DNA from: Elusimicrobiota bacterium
GTDB taxonomy: Bacteria > Elusimicrobiota > Elusimicrobia > UBA1565 > UBA9628
NCBI GenBank assembly: GCA_016191335.1
Contig: JACPOW010000043.1
Coordinates: 3,704 to 67,703 of the forward strand
Direction of reading: 5' to 3'
DNA length: 64,000 nt
Both the position numbers and the translations under genes were made by a program. Each line of letters starts with the position of its first letter. Position 1 is the stretch's first letter. Below, one piece after another: positions 10,563 to 22,895 of the stretch. The notes beneath the pieces were generated by a model, which worked only from the letters and a program-made list of their open reading frames with translations, was not told the origin of the DNA and searched no databases.

Positions 10563-11858
10563 ATGAGAACCCGGGACCTCCGCGCCGGAACGCTCGCGAC
10601 GGCCGTCGCCGCGCTCGCCCTCGCCCTCCCCGCGTCGGCCGCCCCGCAGCCGAGGCACATGATCATGTGCTCGGAGGTCAACGGCCCGCCCGTGCCCGGC
10701 ATCACGGGCGGCGAAGTCACCCTCGGCGGGAGCTTCGGCGACCCGGGGCTGGCGGGACGGCTCTGGGATTCGTACGCCGCGGACTTCGACGGCAAGGACT
10801 GGGACAACCTCACCCCCGGTTCGCACCACGAGAAGGTCGTCCTCGAGTCCGGGGACAGGAAGCTGGTCCTCAGGTCCCGCCACCGCACCGTCGAGCGGGA
10901 CCCGCGGAACGTCGTCACCTCGCGCGGCGTCGAATCCGCCGTGGGCAAGGACAAGGCGGCGATCCTGGCGGTGGACGACCCCGCCTATGTGCGCCGCCGG
11001 GAGGCGTTCGACGCGATCATCGCCGAGTGCCTCGCCGAGGGCGCGCGGAATCAGGCGAAGTCCCGGGCGGAGGCGCCGGCCCCGCGGGTCCGGGCCGAGG
11101 ATTACAGGCCCGCATCCGAGGTCAAGGTGGCGACGCAGGCCGTCGTCTTCGCCGTCTACTTCGCCGGCCTCCTGGCCCTCCTCTCGCTCCCGTGGTACGG
11201 GTCTTTGGCCCTGACCTTGTCGCTCGCCGAGAAGAACGCCCGGTCGCGGCTCGGCTGGCTGGCGGCGGCGCTGGTCCTGTCCCCGCTCGGCTGGGCCTCG
11301 ATCGACCTGCGGAACGTGCGGTTCTGGATGATCCCGCTGTCCGTCCTGGCGCCGCTCCTGTGCGCTCTCCTGCTGAAAGCTCTGCCCCGGGGAGAGGACG
11401 AAGCCCCGCGGACGAAGGCGTGGACCTGGGGGCCGAGGGCGGTGATCCTGGCCTACGCGATGCTGAGCGCGCAGGGCGCCGTCCAGTACACGGCCTACGG
11501 GATGACCGCCGGCAGCAGCGAGAAGGCCAACCTCGGGAACCTGGGAGCGGTCCGCTCCGCCTTGAGCATCTATTACGGGGACACCGAGGGCGCCTACCCG
11601 CGGGACCTGACGGCGCTGATGCCGAAGTACATGACGGAGCTGCCGGAGCTGAAAGCGCTCAGCCGCGGCAACATCATCCACCTCCCTTCGAGGAAAGTGA
11701 AGAACTTCCCGGGGTTGCAGCCCGACGACGCCGGAGGCTGGGGCTACGTCAACGAGCGCTTGACGCCCGGCGGGTCGCCCAATCCTGATTACGGGAACGT
11801 GTTCATCAACTGCACGCACGAGGACCTGAGCCAACGGAAGCGCATCGCCGACTACTGA
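10563..11858 (+). CDS. membrane protein: signal peptide + periplasmic domain + TM bundle + C-terminal pilin-like globular domain
   Basis: Signal peptide AVAALALALPASAAP. Hydrophobic stretches VVFAVYFAGLLALLSLPWYG, LGWLAAALVLSPLGW, FWMIPLSVLAPLLCALLL, VILAYAMLSAQ. The C-terminus GNLGAVRSALSIYYGDTEGAYPRDLTALMPKYMTELP is typical of pseudopilin/pilin heads. Confidence 0.6.
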   Translation: MRTRDLRAGTLATAVAALALALPASAAPQPRHMIMCSEVNGPPVPGITGGEVTLGGSFGDPGLAGRLWDSYAADFDGKDWDNLTPGSHHEKVVLESGDRKLVLRSRHRTVERDPRNVVTSRGVESAVGKDKAAILAVDDPAYVRRREAFDAIIAECLAEGARNQAKSRAEAPAPRVRAEDYRPASEVKVATQAVVFAVYFAGLLALLSLPWYGSLALTLSLAEKNARSRLGWLAAALVLSPLGWASIDLRNVRFWMIPLSVLAPLLCALLLKALPRGEDEAPRTKAWTWGPRAVILAYAMLSAQGAVQYTAYGMTAGSSEKANLGNLGAVRSALSIYYGDTEGAYPRDLTALMPKYMTELPELKALSRGNIIHLPSRKVKNFPGLQPDDAGGWGYVNERLTPGGSPNPDYGNVFINCTHEDLSQRKRIADY

Positions 11859-11859
11859 G

Positions 11860-11903
11860 GACTCGCACCGGTGCGAGTCGCGGGACTGTTTCCGGAAACA
11901 GTC
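11860..11903. repeat. palindromic element copy 1: module A GACTCGCACCGGTGCGAGTC + module B GACTGTTTCCGGAAACAGTC
   Basis: Two perfect 20-nt palindromes (11860-11879 and 11884-11903) starting 2 nt after a stop codon. Confidence 0.9.
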
Positions 11904-11910
11904 AGGGCCG

Positions 11911-11960
11911 AAAACTACTGATAATCACTAGTCCCGGGGATAGTGATTATCAATAGTTTT
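11911..11960. terminator. AT-rich long hairpin, candidate bidirectional intrinsic terminator
   Basis: AAAACTACTGATAATCACTA-gtcccgggga-TAGTGATTATCAATAGTTTT gives a 20-bp stem with one mismatch and T-runs on both strands. Overlaps the stop of the convergent AstE-like gene. Confidence 0.55.
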
Positions 11961-12801
11961 CCGGGAGCGCGGCCGGGACCGCGAGGTAGTACCACTCCTC
12001 GCCGACGGCCGCGGCCTCATAGGGCATGACGACGAACGCATCCTCCGGAGCGCGCATCTCTTCGCCGTCGGCGCAGCGCGCGAGGACGTCCCCCTTCTTC
12101 ACGGGATCGAAGTTGCTCCAAGGGCGAGCGAAGGCCCCCTCCCGCTCGCGCCGGACCATCCCGGTCAGGCGCACGGCCTTCGGCCTGGGGCGGCGCGGCG
12201 TGCCGATGATCAGGCCGAAGTGGGCGATGGCCCGCCGGGCCGCGTCGAAGGCGAACTCCGCCGCCGCGGGATCGTCGTTGCGGCCCGCCTCCACCGTCAG
12301 CGCGCGCTTGCCCAGGGTCTGGGCGTAGCCGGTCGTCGTGAGCGCGTCCGAGCCGGCGTACAGCGCGGGCCAGCCCATGACCAGGAAGTCGGCGCCGAGC
12401 GCCTCGGCCCAGCCGCGCACGGGCACGGACTCGTCGTCTAGGAAGACGAACGGGACCGTCGGCGCCGGTGTCCCGTGCAGGTCGAGGACGGCGTCGTGCG
12501 CGGCGATCAGCGCGGCCAGCTCGGCGGCGAGCCCCTGCTCGCGGTTGGCGGGGGCGTCGTGAGGCCGCACGATGCGGTTGAGGTTCTCATCGACGAAGTG
12601 CAGCCCGCGTTCGACGGCCTCGGCGTTGGCCCGGGGCACGATGGTCAGCTGGCCGCGCGCGAGGGACAGGCCGCCGGACTCGAACTCCGCGGCGAGCCGC
12701 TCCAGGGCGACGACGCCGGGCTTCTCGTCGCCGTGCACGCCGCCGAGCAGGAGGACGCGCGGCCCGGGGCCGCGGCTGAAGAAGCGGAGGGCGTCGATCA
12801 A
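11950..12801 (-). CDS. succinylglutamate desuccinylase/aspartoacylase (AstE/AspA, M14-like) family protein
   Basis: C-terminal 283 aa of listed ORF 11950..13008. TTG 12801 in TTGA overlap with the acpS stop. Zinc-site motifs LLLGGVHGDEKPG and AVLDLHGTP. Confidence 0.7.
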   Translation of the reverse strand: MIDALRFFSRGPGPRVLLLGGVHGDEKPGVVALERLAAEFESGGLSLARGQLTIVPRANAEAVERGLHFVDENLNRIVRPHDAPANREQGLAAELAALIAAHDAVLDLHGTPAPTVPFVFLDDESVPVRGWAEALGADFLVMGWPALYAGSDALTTTGYAQTLGKRALTVEAGRNDDPAAAEFAFDAARRAIAHFGLIIGTPRRPRPKAVRLTGMVRREREGAFARPWSNFDPVKKGDVLARCADGEEMRAPEDAFVVMPYEAAAVGEEWYYLAVPAALPENY

Positions 12802-13133
12802 CGCGAGAGCACGGCGAAGGCGACGGCGTGGTCGCGGCCGTGGGAGAGCGAGAGCTTGAGACCGCGCACCGGCTTGCCGTGGATCTTCACCGACGGGCGG
12901 CCGTCCGCGCCGCGCTTGACCGAGATCGCGGTCAGCGGCACCTCGGCCTTGCCCAGCGCCTTGTACACGGCCTCCTTCGCGGCGAAGCGCACGGCGAAGT
13001 GCGGCCACGGGTTCTTCTTGCTCTTGCAGTAGGCGATCTCGTGGGCGGAGAAGACGCGGGGCAGGAACTTGGGGTTGCGCCGGGCGAGCGACTTGATCCG
13101 CCCGATCTCGACGAGGTCGACCCCGAGCTCCAT
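12798..13133 (-). CDS. acpS: holo-[acyl-carrier-protein] synthase
   Basis: 111 aa. MELGVDLVEIGRI...FAAKEAVYKAL is the classic AcpS pattern. Confidence 0.9.
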   Translation of the reverse strand: MELGVDLVEIGRIKSLARRNPKFLPRVFSAHEIAYCKSKKNPWPHFAVRFAAKEAVYKALGKAEVPLTAISVKRGADGRPSVKIHGKPVRGLKLSLSHGRDHAVAFAVLSR

Positions 13134-13134
13134 C

Positions 13135-15003
<1,869 letters not shown>

Positions 15004-15012
15004 GACGGGGCC

Positions 15013-15738
15013 TTAGTCGATCGCCCGGCGCATCTCGGACACGGCGGTCTTCAGGCCCACGAACACGGAGCGGGCGACGATGGAGAAGCCGATGTTGAGC
15101 GCGGACATGTGCGGGATGCGGGCGACGGGGGCCACGTTGTGGTAGTCGAGGCCGTGCCCGGCGTGGACGACGATGCCCATCTCCCAGGCCATGTACGCGG
15201 CGAGCTCGAGGCGCTCGAGCTCGAGCTTCTGCTTGGGCTTGCTGTGGGTCTTGGCGTAGTCGCTCGTGTCGAGCTCGACGATGTCGGCGCCGATGTTGCG
15301 GGCGGCGCGCACGGCCGGGGCCTCGGGCGCGACGAAGAGGCTGACCTCGACGCCGGCCTTCTTGAGCTTGGCGATCGTCTTGGCGAGGCTCTTGCCGTTG
15401 CGGGCGAGGTCGAGGCCCCCCTCGGTCGAGACCTCGCCGGGGCGCTCGGGCACGAGGCACACCGAGGTGGGGCGGGCCTTGAGCACGGCGGCGATGATCT
15501 TGGGATCGTCGGACAGCTCGACGTGCGTCTCGCCCTTGAGGCGGCAGAGCTTGACGATGTCCGCGTCCTGCATGTGGCGGCGGTCGCGGCGGAGGTGGCA
15601 GACGATGATGTCGGCGCCGGACTGGCGGGCGACCTGCGCGGCCTGCACGGGATCGGGATCGATGTCGAGCCGCGCCTGGCGCAGCGTCGCGACATGATCG
15701 ATGTTCACGCCCAACTTCAGCTTCTGCTCGGTCTTCAT
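15013..15738 (-). CDS. pdxJ: pyridoxine 5'-phosphate synthase
   Basis: 241 aa with LGVNIDHVATLRQAR. ATGA overlap with the glmM stop. Confidence 0.95.
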   Translation of the reverse strand: MKTEQKLKLGVNIDHVATLRQARLDIDPDPVQAAQVARQSGADIIVCHLRRDRRHMQDADIVKLCRLKGETHVELSDDPKIIAAVLKARPTSVCLVPERPGEVSTEGGLDLARNGKSLAKTIAKLKKAGVEVSLFVAPEAPAVRAARNIGADIVELDTSDYAKTHSKPKQKLELERLELAAYMAWEMGIVVHAGHGLDYHNVAPVARIPHMSALNIGFSIVARSVFVGLKTAVSEMRRAID

Positions 15739-17111
15739 CCGTGTTTCTCCTCTCTTGCGCCCGTCTCCGTCAGATAGATCTTGGCGATGCCGTCGGCGAG
15801 CCTGCGGTTCTCCGCGGACCCGGGGCCCTCGACGAGCACGCGCAGCACCGGCTCGGTCCCCGAGTAGCGGACGAACACGCGGCCGCGGCCCGCGAGCGCC
15901 TTCGTCGCCGCGGCGATCGCGGCGGACGTGCGGCCGAGCGCGGCGATCGCCGGCTTCTCCTTCACGCGGACGGCGCGCAGCACCTGCGGCGTCGCCTTGT
16001 ACAGCCGCCCAAGGGCGCTCATCGGCTTGCCCGACTCGCGCCAGGCGGCGAAGGTCTGCAGGCCGGTCAGCATCCCGTCGCCCGTCGGGGCGAAGTCGCG
16101 GAACACGATATGCCCGGAGTTCTCGCCGCCCAGGCTCAGCCCCTCGCGCTCGATGGCCTCGGTCACGTAGCGGTCGCCGACGGGGGTGGTGACCGCGTCG
16201 ACGCCGAGGCCGCTCAGGTAGGACAGCAGGCCGAAGTTCGACATCACGGTCACGGCGACCTTGCCGCCCTTGAGCGCGCCGCGCCGCAGCAGGCGCGCGG
16301 CCGCGGCCGCGATCAGCGCGTCGCCGTCGAGGAGGTCGCCGTGCTCGTCGCAGATGAGGGCGCGGTCGGCGTCGCCGTCGAGGGCGAGGCCGGCGTGCGC
16401 GCGGCGGCGCTTGACCTCGCGGCGCATCGCCTCGGTCGCGGTGGCGCCGCAGCCGTCGTTGATGTTCCGGCCGTTCGGCCTGACGCCGATCGGGACCACC
16501 TCGGCGCCGAGGCCCGCGAGCAGCCTCGGCGCGAACGCCGCGGCCGCGCCGTGCGCGCAGTCCACGACGATGCGCGCGCCGTCGAGGTCGAGCGTCGCCG
16601 GGAAGGCGCTCTTGAGGAAATCCAGGTAGATGCCGGCCCGGTCCTCCGCCGCGAAGGGCGCGCGCGCGATCGCGGGCGGCGCGGGGCGCTTCATGCGTCC
16701 CTCGACCTCGTACTCGAGCGCGGGCGCCATCTTGAAGCCCGCGCCGTCGAAGAACTTGATGCCGTTGTACTCCGCGGGGTTATGGCTCGCCGAGATCACG
16801 GCGCCGGCGAAGCACCCCAGCCGCGGCGCCAGGTAGGAGACGGCGGGCGTCGGGATGACGCCGAGGTCGAGGACGCGGACGCCGGCGGCGGAGAAGCCGG
16901 AGAGCATCGAGCGCAGCAGGGCAGGTCCGGAGCCGCGCGTGTCCCGGCCGACCGCGATGAGCGGGGCGACGCCGTTGATCTTGACGCCTTGACGCTCGAG
17001 CAGAACCTTCGCCGCGTGATAGGCGAGCGAGCGGACGGATTCCGGCTTGAGCGGGCCCTCGCCGGGGATGCCGCGCACGCCGTCGGTGCCGAACAGGGAC
17101 GGGGCGCTCAC
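15735..17111 (-). CDS. glmM: phosphoglucosamine mutase
   Basis: C-terminal 458 aa of listed ORF 15735..17471. GTG 17111 in GTGA overlap with the folP stop. FGTDGVRG and the phosphoserine loop SASHNPAEYNGIKF. Confidence 0.92.
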   Translation of the reverse strand: MSAPSLFGTDGVRGIPGEGPLKPESVRSLAYHAAKVLLERQGVKINGVAPLIAVGRDTRGSGPALLRSMLSGFSAAGVRVLDLGVIPTPAVSYLAPRLGCFAGAVISASHNPAEYNGIKFFDGAGFKMAPALEYEVEGRMKRPAPPAIARAPFAAEDRAGIYLDFLKSAFPATLDLDGARIVVDCAHGAAAAFAPRLLAGLGAEVVPIGVRPNGRNINDGCGATATEAMRREVKRRRAHAGLALDGDADRALICDEHGDLLDGDALIAAAAARLLRRGALKGGKVAVTVMSNFGLLSYLSGLGVDAVTTPVGDRYVTEAIEREGLSLGGENSGHIVFRDFAPTGDGMLTGLQTFAAWRESGKPMSALGRLYKATPQVLRAVRVKEKPAIAALGRTSAAIAAATKALAGRGRVFVRYSGTEPVLRVLVEGPGSAENRRLADGIAKIYLTETGAREEKHG

Positions 17112-17947
17112 CCGGCCTCCGAAACGGCGCGAAGGGTCTCGACGACGCGGCGGGTCTCGAGGACGTCGTGCACACGCAAGATTGATACGTTGTTGAGGCA
17201 CGCGTAGGCCGCCACGGACAAGGACGCCGCGAGACGGTCCTCCGATCCGTTGTCGTTCAATATCTTTCCGAACATCGATTTGCGGGAGACGCCCAGAAGA
17301 ACGGGGGCGATCGCCGAGAGCTCGCCGGCGCGGCGGATGAGGGTGAGGTTGTGATCGAGCGTCTTTCCGAAGCCTATTCCCGGATCCACGACGACCCGGT
17401 CCGCGCGGCCTCCGGCCGCGACGAACGACTGGAGGCGACCTTGCAGGAACCGGGAGACCTCGTCGAAACAATCCTTGTAGGTCGGGTTGGCCTGCATCGT
17501 CTTGGGCGAATCGCCCAGCATGTGCATCAAGATCACTCGCTCCGCCTTGAGCGCGGCCTGCGCCATGGCTTTATCGCCGCGCAAGGCCGTGACATCGTTT
17601 ATGATCGTAGCGCCAACGTCTAAAGCTTCGGCCGCTATCGCGGCCTTCGTGGTGTCGATCGAGATCTGGACCTTGACCTGACGGGCCAAGGCCTTGATCA
17701 CGGGAATGACCCTGACGCGCTCGACCTCCAACGGCACCGCGTCCGAACCCGGACGGGTCGATTCCCCGCCGATGTCCAGGATGTCCGCGCCCTCTTCCAC
17801 CATCTTCAGGGCGCGTTCGACCGCGAATTCGCTCGTGGTCGCGCGGCTTCCCGCGTGGAACGAGTCCGGGGTGCAGTTGACGACGCCCATGATCGCCGGC
17901 TTGACGAATCGCTTCGCGATTCCGTCGGCGGATCGTGCGTCGGTCAT
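17108..17947 (-). CDS. folP: dihydropteroate synthase
   Basis: Trimmed to ATG 17947 (alternative GTG 17959). IMGVVNCTPDSF pterin-binding motif. GC is visibly lower (about 53-63% per line) than in flanking ftsH and glmM. Confidence 0.9.
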   Translation of the reverse strand: MTDARSADGIAKRFVKPAIMGVVNCTPDSFHAGSRATTSEFAVERALKMVEEGADILDIGGESTRPGSDAVPLEVERVRVIPVIKALARQVKVQISIDTTKAAIAAEALDVGATIINDVTALRGDKAMAQAALKAERVILMHMLGDSPKTMQANPTYKDCFDEVSRFLQGRLQSFVAAGGRADRVVVDPGIGFGKTLDHNLTLIRRAGELSAIAPVLLGVSRKSMFGKILNDNGSEDRLAASLSVAAYACLNNVSILRVHDVLETRRVVETLRAVSEAG

Positions 17948-17963
17948 CGTCGGGGTCACGATA

Positions 17964-19769
<1,806 letters not shown>

Positions 19770-20315
19770 CTAGATCTTCAACACTCCCACGCACGGCAGT
19801 TGGCGGTAGCGCTCGTCGTAGTCGAGGCCGAAGCCCACGACGAACTCGTTCGGGATCTTGAATCCCACGTATTTAGGCGTGAACGGGACCTTCCGGCACT
19901 CGGTCTTGTCGAGCAAGGTGCAGACCTCGAGCGAGCTCGGATGATGCGCGCGCAAAGTCTCGGTCAAAGAGGTCAAGGTCAGGCCGGTGTCCACGATGTC
20001 CTCGATGAGCAGCAGATGCTTGCCCTCGGGGCTCTGGCGCAGGTCGAGCAAGGTCCGGATGGCGCCGGTCGAGGCCGTGCCCGCGTAGGAGGAGACCGCG
20101 ACGAAGTCCGTCTCGACGTCCACCGCGGGGCCGATCGCCCGCAGGAGGTCGGCGAGGAAGATGACGCTTCCTTTGAGCACGCCCACCACCACCAGGCGCT
20201 TGCCCGCGTAATCGCGCGTGATCTGGGCGCCCAGCTCCTTGATCCGGGCGCGGAGGGTCTCTTCATCGAACAAAACCCGGTTCAAAGCGGGATGGACGGC
20301 GGTTTGGGGGGTCAT
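19770..20315 (-). CDS. hpt: hypoxanthine phosphoribosyltransferase
   Basis: 181 aa with PRPP loop LLLIEDIVDTGLTL. Directly abuts the ftsH start, the conserved hpt-ftsH pairing. Confidence 0.92.
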   Translation of the reverse strand: MTPQTAVHPALNRVLFDEETLRARIKELGAQITRDYAGKRLVVVGVLKGSVIFLADLLRAIGPAVDVETDFVAVSSYAGTASTGAIRTLLDLRQSPEGKHLLLIEDIVDTGLTLTSLTETLRAHHPSSLEVCTLLDKTECRKVPFTPKYVGFKIPNEFVVGFGLDYDERYRQLPCVGVLKI

Positions 20316-20323
20316 GAACGCGC

Positions 20324-20329
20324 ATTTTA
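20324..20329 (-). promoter_or_regulatory. -10 box TAAAAT, 8 nt upstream of hpt ATG
   Basis: AT-rich hexamer in a GC-rich spacer, heading the hpt-ftsH... operon. Confidence 0.4.
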
Positions 20330-20395
20330 CCTTTTAGGTCCGCTCCTTATCAAGGAAGCGCGCGGCGGCGGCGTTACGGGGCCGAGTCCTGAGGG

Positions 20396-20424
20396 TGGAC
20401 GGCATGGGATTGGTCTGCTACAAT
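20396..20424 (+). promoter_or_regulatory. promoter TGGACG-17-TGc-TACAAT, 7 nt upstream of ATG 20432
   Basis: -35-like hexamer, 17-nt spacer and TGn-extended -10, all read from the sequence. Confidence 0.5.
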
Positions 20425-20431
20425 GCCGCCG

Positions 20432-21970
20432 ATGCCCGCCCCCACCGTACTCGCCTTCTCCGTCCTCGTCGTCGACGACGAGCCGGACGCCCGCACGCTC
20501 CTGCGCGGCGAGCTCGAGAAGGTCCCCGGCGTGACCCTCAAGGTCGGGACCGCCGGCACCGGCGACGAGGCGCTCAACAAGCTCAAGGACACCCCTTTCG
20601 ACCTCGTCTTCCTCGACTACCGCCTCCCCCCGACCAACGGCCTCGACATATTGGAGAAGATCCGTCAGCACCACCCGAAGACCGCCGTCGTGATGACCAC
20701 GGCCGCGGGCAACGAGCAGGTGGCCGTGGCCGCCATGAAGAAGGGCGCGATGGACTACATCACGCAACGGGACCTGCGCCAGACCGACCTGGGCCAGCTC
20801 CTGCGCCGCGTCATCGAGATCCGCGACCTGGTCAACCAGAACATGGAGCTGCGCCAGGTCAACCAGATGAAGAACGAGTTCATCGCGAACGTCTCCCATG
20901 AGCTGCGCACCCCCCTGACGGTCGTCATCGGCTACGCCAACACGATGAAGGACGGCAGCATGGGCCCCCTCAACGAGGCCCAGCAGAAGGCGCTCGGCTC
21001 GATGATCGAGCGCGCCGAGGGCCTGATGGCCACCCTCAACAACATCCTGCGCATCCGCGAGGTCCACGAGGGCCGCAAGCAGCTCCTGCTCAAGCCCGTC
21101 GAGCTCAACCGCCTCGTCGCCGCCGCGCTCGAGCGCGCCGGACGCGAGATCCGCCGCCGCAAGCTCAAGCTCGCGGCCGAGCAGCCCGCCTCCGAGATCT
21201 GGGTGATGGCCGACGAGGAGAAGCTCGGCGACGTCATCGACAACCTGCTCTCCAACGCCTGCAAGTTCAGCCCCGTCGAGGGCGCGCTGCGCGTGACCGT
21301 CGTGACCGAGAAGGGCCACGCCCGCCTGTCCGTCATCGACGCCGGCCCCGGCGTGCCGCCCGAGGTCCTGCCGCACATCTTCGACACCTTCTCCGCCGCC
21401 AACCAGGGCCCGACGCGCGAATACCCCGGCCTCGGCCTCGGCCTGCCGCTCTCCAAGCAGATCGTCGAGGCCCTCGGCGGCCGCATCTGGATCGAGAGCG
21501 AGGGCTCCGGGCGCGGCACGACGGCCCGCCTCGAGCTCCCGGTCTCGGCGAAGGACGCGCCTCCGACCGTCGTCGACGGCTCCGAGGCCGTGCGCAAGAA
21601 GCGCGTCCTCATCGTCGAGGACAACCCCGACCTCGTCGAGGTGCTGATGCTGTTCCTCGCGAGCGTCAGCCGGAACCTGGCGATCTCCACCGCGCACTCC
21701 GGCTTCGAGGCGCTCGAGCGCATCGAAGAGGAGCTGCCCAGCCTCGTCATCCTCGACGTGATGATGCCCGGCATGGACGGCTTCGAGGTCCTGTCCCGCC
21801 TCAAGCGCCTGCCGGGCGACAAGCGCCCCCCGGTGATGGTGCTGACCGGCTACTCCGACGCCCTGTCCCGCGCCAAGGACGCCGGCGCCGACGAGGTCAT
21901 GCTCAAGCCGTTCGAGAAGAACGCCTTCGTCAAGAAGGTCCTCCAGCTCCTCGGCGCCCCGACCGTCTGA
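20432..21970 (+). CDS. hybrid histidine kinase (REC-HisKA-HATPase_c-REC), no sensor or TM domain
   Basis: VLVVDDEPD...FLDYRLP receiver, H-box VSHELRTPLT, G2 box GLGLGLPLSKQIVEALGG, and a second receiver VLIVEDNPD...ILDVMMPGMDG. Track start ATG 20423 lies inside the putative -10 box, so I prefer ATG 20432. Confidence 0.85.
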   Translation: MPAPTVLAFSVLVVDDEPDARTLLRGELEKVPGVTLKVGTAGTGDEALNKLKDTPFDLVFLDYRLPPTNGLDILEKIRQHHPKTAVVMTTAAGNEQVAVAAMKKGAMDYITQRDLRQTDLGQLLRRVIEIRDLVNQNMELRQVNQMKNEFIANVSHELRTPLTVVIGYANTMKDGSMGPLNEAQQKALGSMIERAEGLMATLNNILRIREVHEGRKQLLLKPVELNRLVAAALERAGREIRRRKLKLAAEQPASEIWVMADEEKLGDVIDNLLSNACKFSPVEGALRVTVVTEKGHARLSVIDAGPGVPPEVLPHIFDTFSAANQGPTREYPGLGLGLPLSKQIVEALGGRIWIESEGSGRGTTARLELPVSAKDAPPTVVDGSEAVRKKRVLIVEDNPDLVEVLMLFLASVSRNLAISTAHSGFEALERIEEELPSLVILDVMMPGMDGFEVLSRLKRLPGDKRPPVMVLTGYSDALSRAKDAGADEVMLKPFEKNAFVKKVLQLLGAPTV

Positions 21971-21971
21971 C

Positions 21972-22880
21972 GTGGCCGCCGAGGTCTTCCTCTATTTCCT
22001 GAGGCTCGGCGCGACGGTGTTCGGCGGCGTCGGCCCCCAGCTCCTCGCGATGCGCCGCGACCTCGTCGACTCGCGCCGCTGGGTCACCCCCGCCGAGTTC
22101 GACCGCGGCGTGGCGCTCGCCTACCTCTGCCCCGGGCCGGTCGGGACGCAGGCGGGCGTGTACATGGGATGGCGCCGCGCCGGCGCCCTCGGCTCCTTCG
22201 CCGCGCTGACCGGGTTCCTCCTCGTTCCCTTCCTTCTCGTCGTCGCCCTCGCCGCCGCGCACGCGCGCTACGGCTCCGGCGGCTGGTTCGGCAGCCTCGT
22301 CCTCGGGATGCGCGCCGCCGTCGTGCCGGTGATCGCGCTGTCCGCCGTGAGGCTGTTCCGGACCGCGCTGACGGGCCGGCTCGAGAAGGCCGTCTCGATC
22401 GCGGCCCTGGCCTGGTGCGTCGTCCGCCCGGAGGACGCGACCGCCGCCGTGCTCGCGGCCGGGGCGCTGCTCGCCTTCCAGGCGTCGCGCGGGGCCAAGG
22501 AGCGCGGCGCCGCCTCCGCGGGCCTCCTCGCCCTGTTCCTCGTCGGCCTGCAGGCGGGCGCGCTCGTCTACGGCACCGGCCAGGCCATCCTCCCCATCGT
22601 GCGCGAGGCCGCCGTCGTGCGCCGGAGCTGGCTCACCGACGCCCAGTTCGCCGACGCGGTCTCCGCCGGGCTCGTCACGCCGGGCCCCATCGTGATGGCG
22701 ATCGCCTACGTCGGCTTCGTCGCCGCCGGCTTCGGGGGCGCGCTCGCGGCCGCGTCCGGCGCCTTCCTCCCGGGCTGGGTCCTCGTCCTGGTCGTCGGGC
22801 CGTGGATGGAGAAGCTCGAGCGCGACCCGCGCCTGAAGGCCTTCGCGCGCGGCGCGACCGCCGCCGCGCTCTTTTTATAA
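21972..22880 (+). CDS. chrA: chromate transporter (CHR family), two-domain, second domain apparently C-terminally short
   Basis: GTG start 2 nt after the kinase stop. Two CHR repeats (FGGVGPQLLAMRRDLVDSRRWVTPAEFD...CPGPV and YGTGQAILPIVREAAVVRRSWLTDAQFAD...TPGPI). The second repeat stops about 45 aa earlier than the first. Confidence 0.75.
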   Translation: MAAEVFLYFLRLGATVFGGVGPQLLAMRRDLVDSRRWVTPAEFDRGVALAYLCPGPVGTQAGVYMGWRRAGALGSFAALTGFLLVPFLLVVALAAAHARYGSGGWFGSLVLGMRAAVVPVIALSAVRLFRTALTGRLEKAVSIAALAWCVVRPEDATAAVLAAGALLAFQASRGAKERGAASAGLLALFLVGLQAGALVYGTGQAILPIVREAAVVRRSWLTDAQFADAVSAGLVTPGPIVMAIAYVGFVAAGFGGALAAASGAFLPGWVLVLVVGPWMEKLERDPRLKAFARGATAAALFL

Positions 22881-22883
22881 GGC

Positions 22884-22889
22884 TATAAT
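22884..22889 (+). promoter_or_regulatory. -10 box TATAAT, 6 nt upstream of receiver ATG 22896
   Basis: Consensus hexamer inside the AT-rich patch CTCTTTTTATAAGGCTATAATT at the chrA 3' end. Confidence 0.45.
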
Positions 22890-22895
22890 TCCCCC

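Noticed and set aside
15004-15012. glmS ribozyme upstream of glmS
   Set aside because: Only 9 nt separate glmS from pdxJ, and glmS is internal to a tightly packed operon. There is no room for the ribozyme.
20423-20425. First ATG of the hybrid kinase ORF as the start
   Set aside because: It lies inside the putative TGcTACAAT -10 box. If that promoter is real, the transcript begins downstream and ATG 20432 is the start. The assignment remains uncertain.
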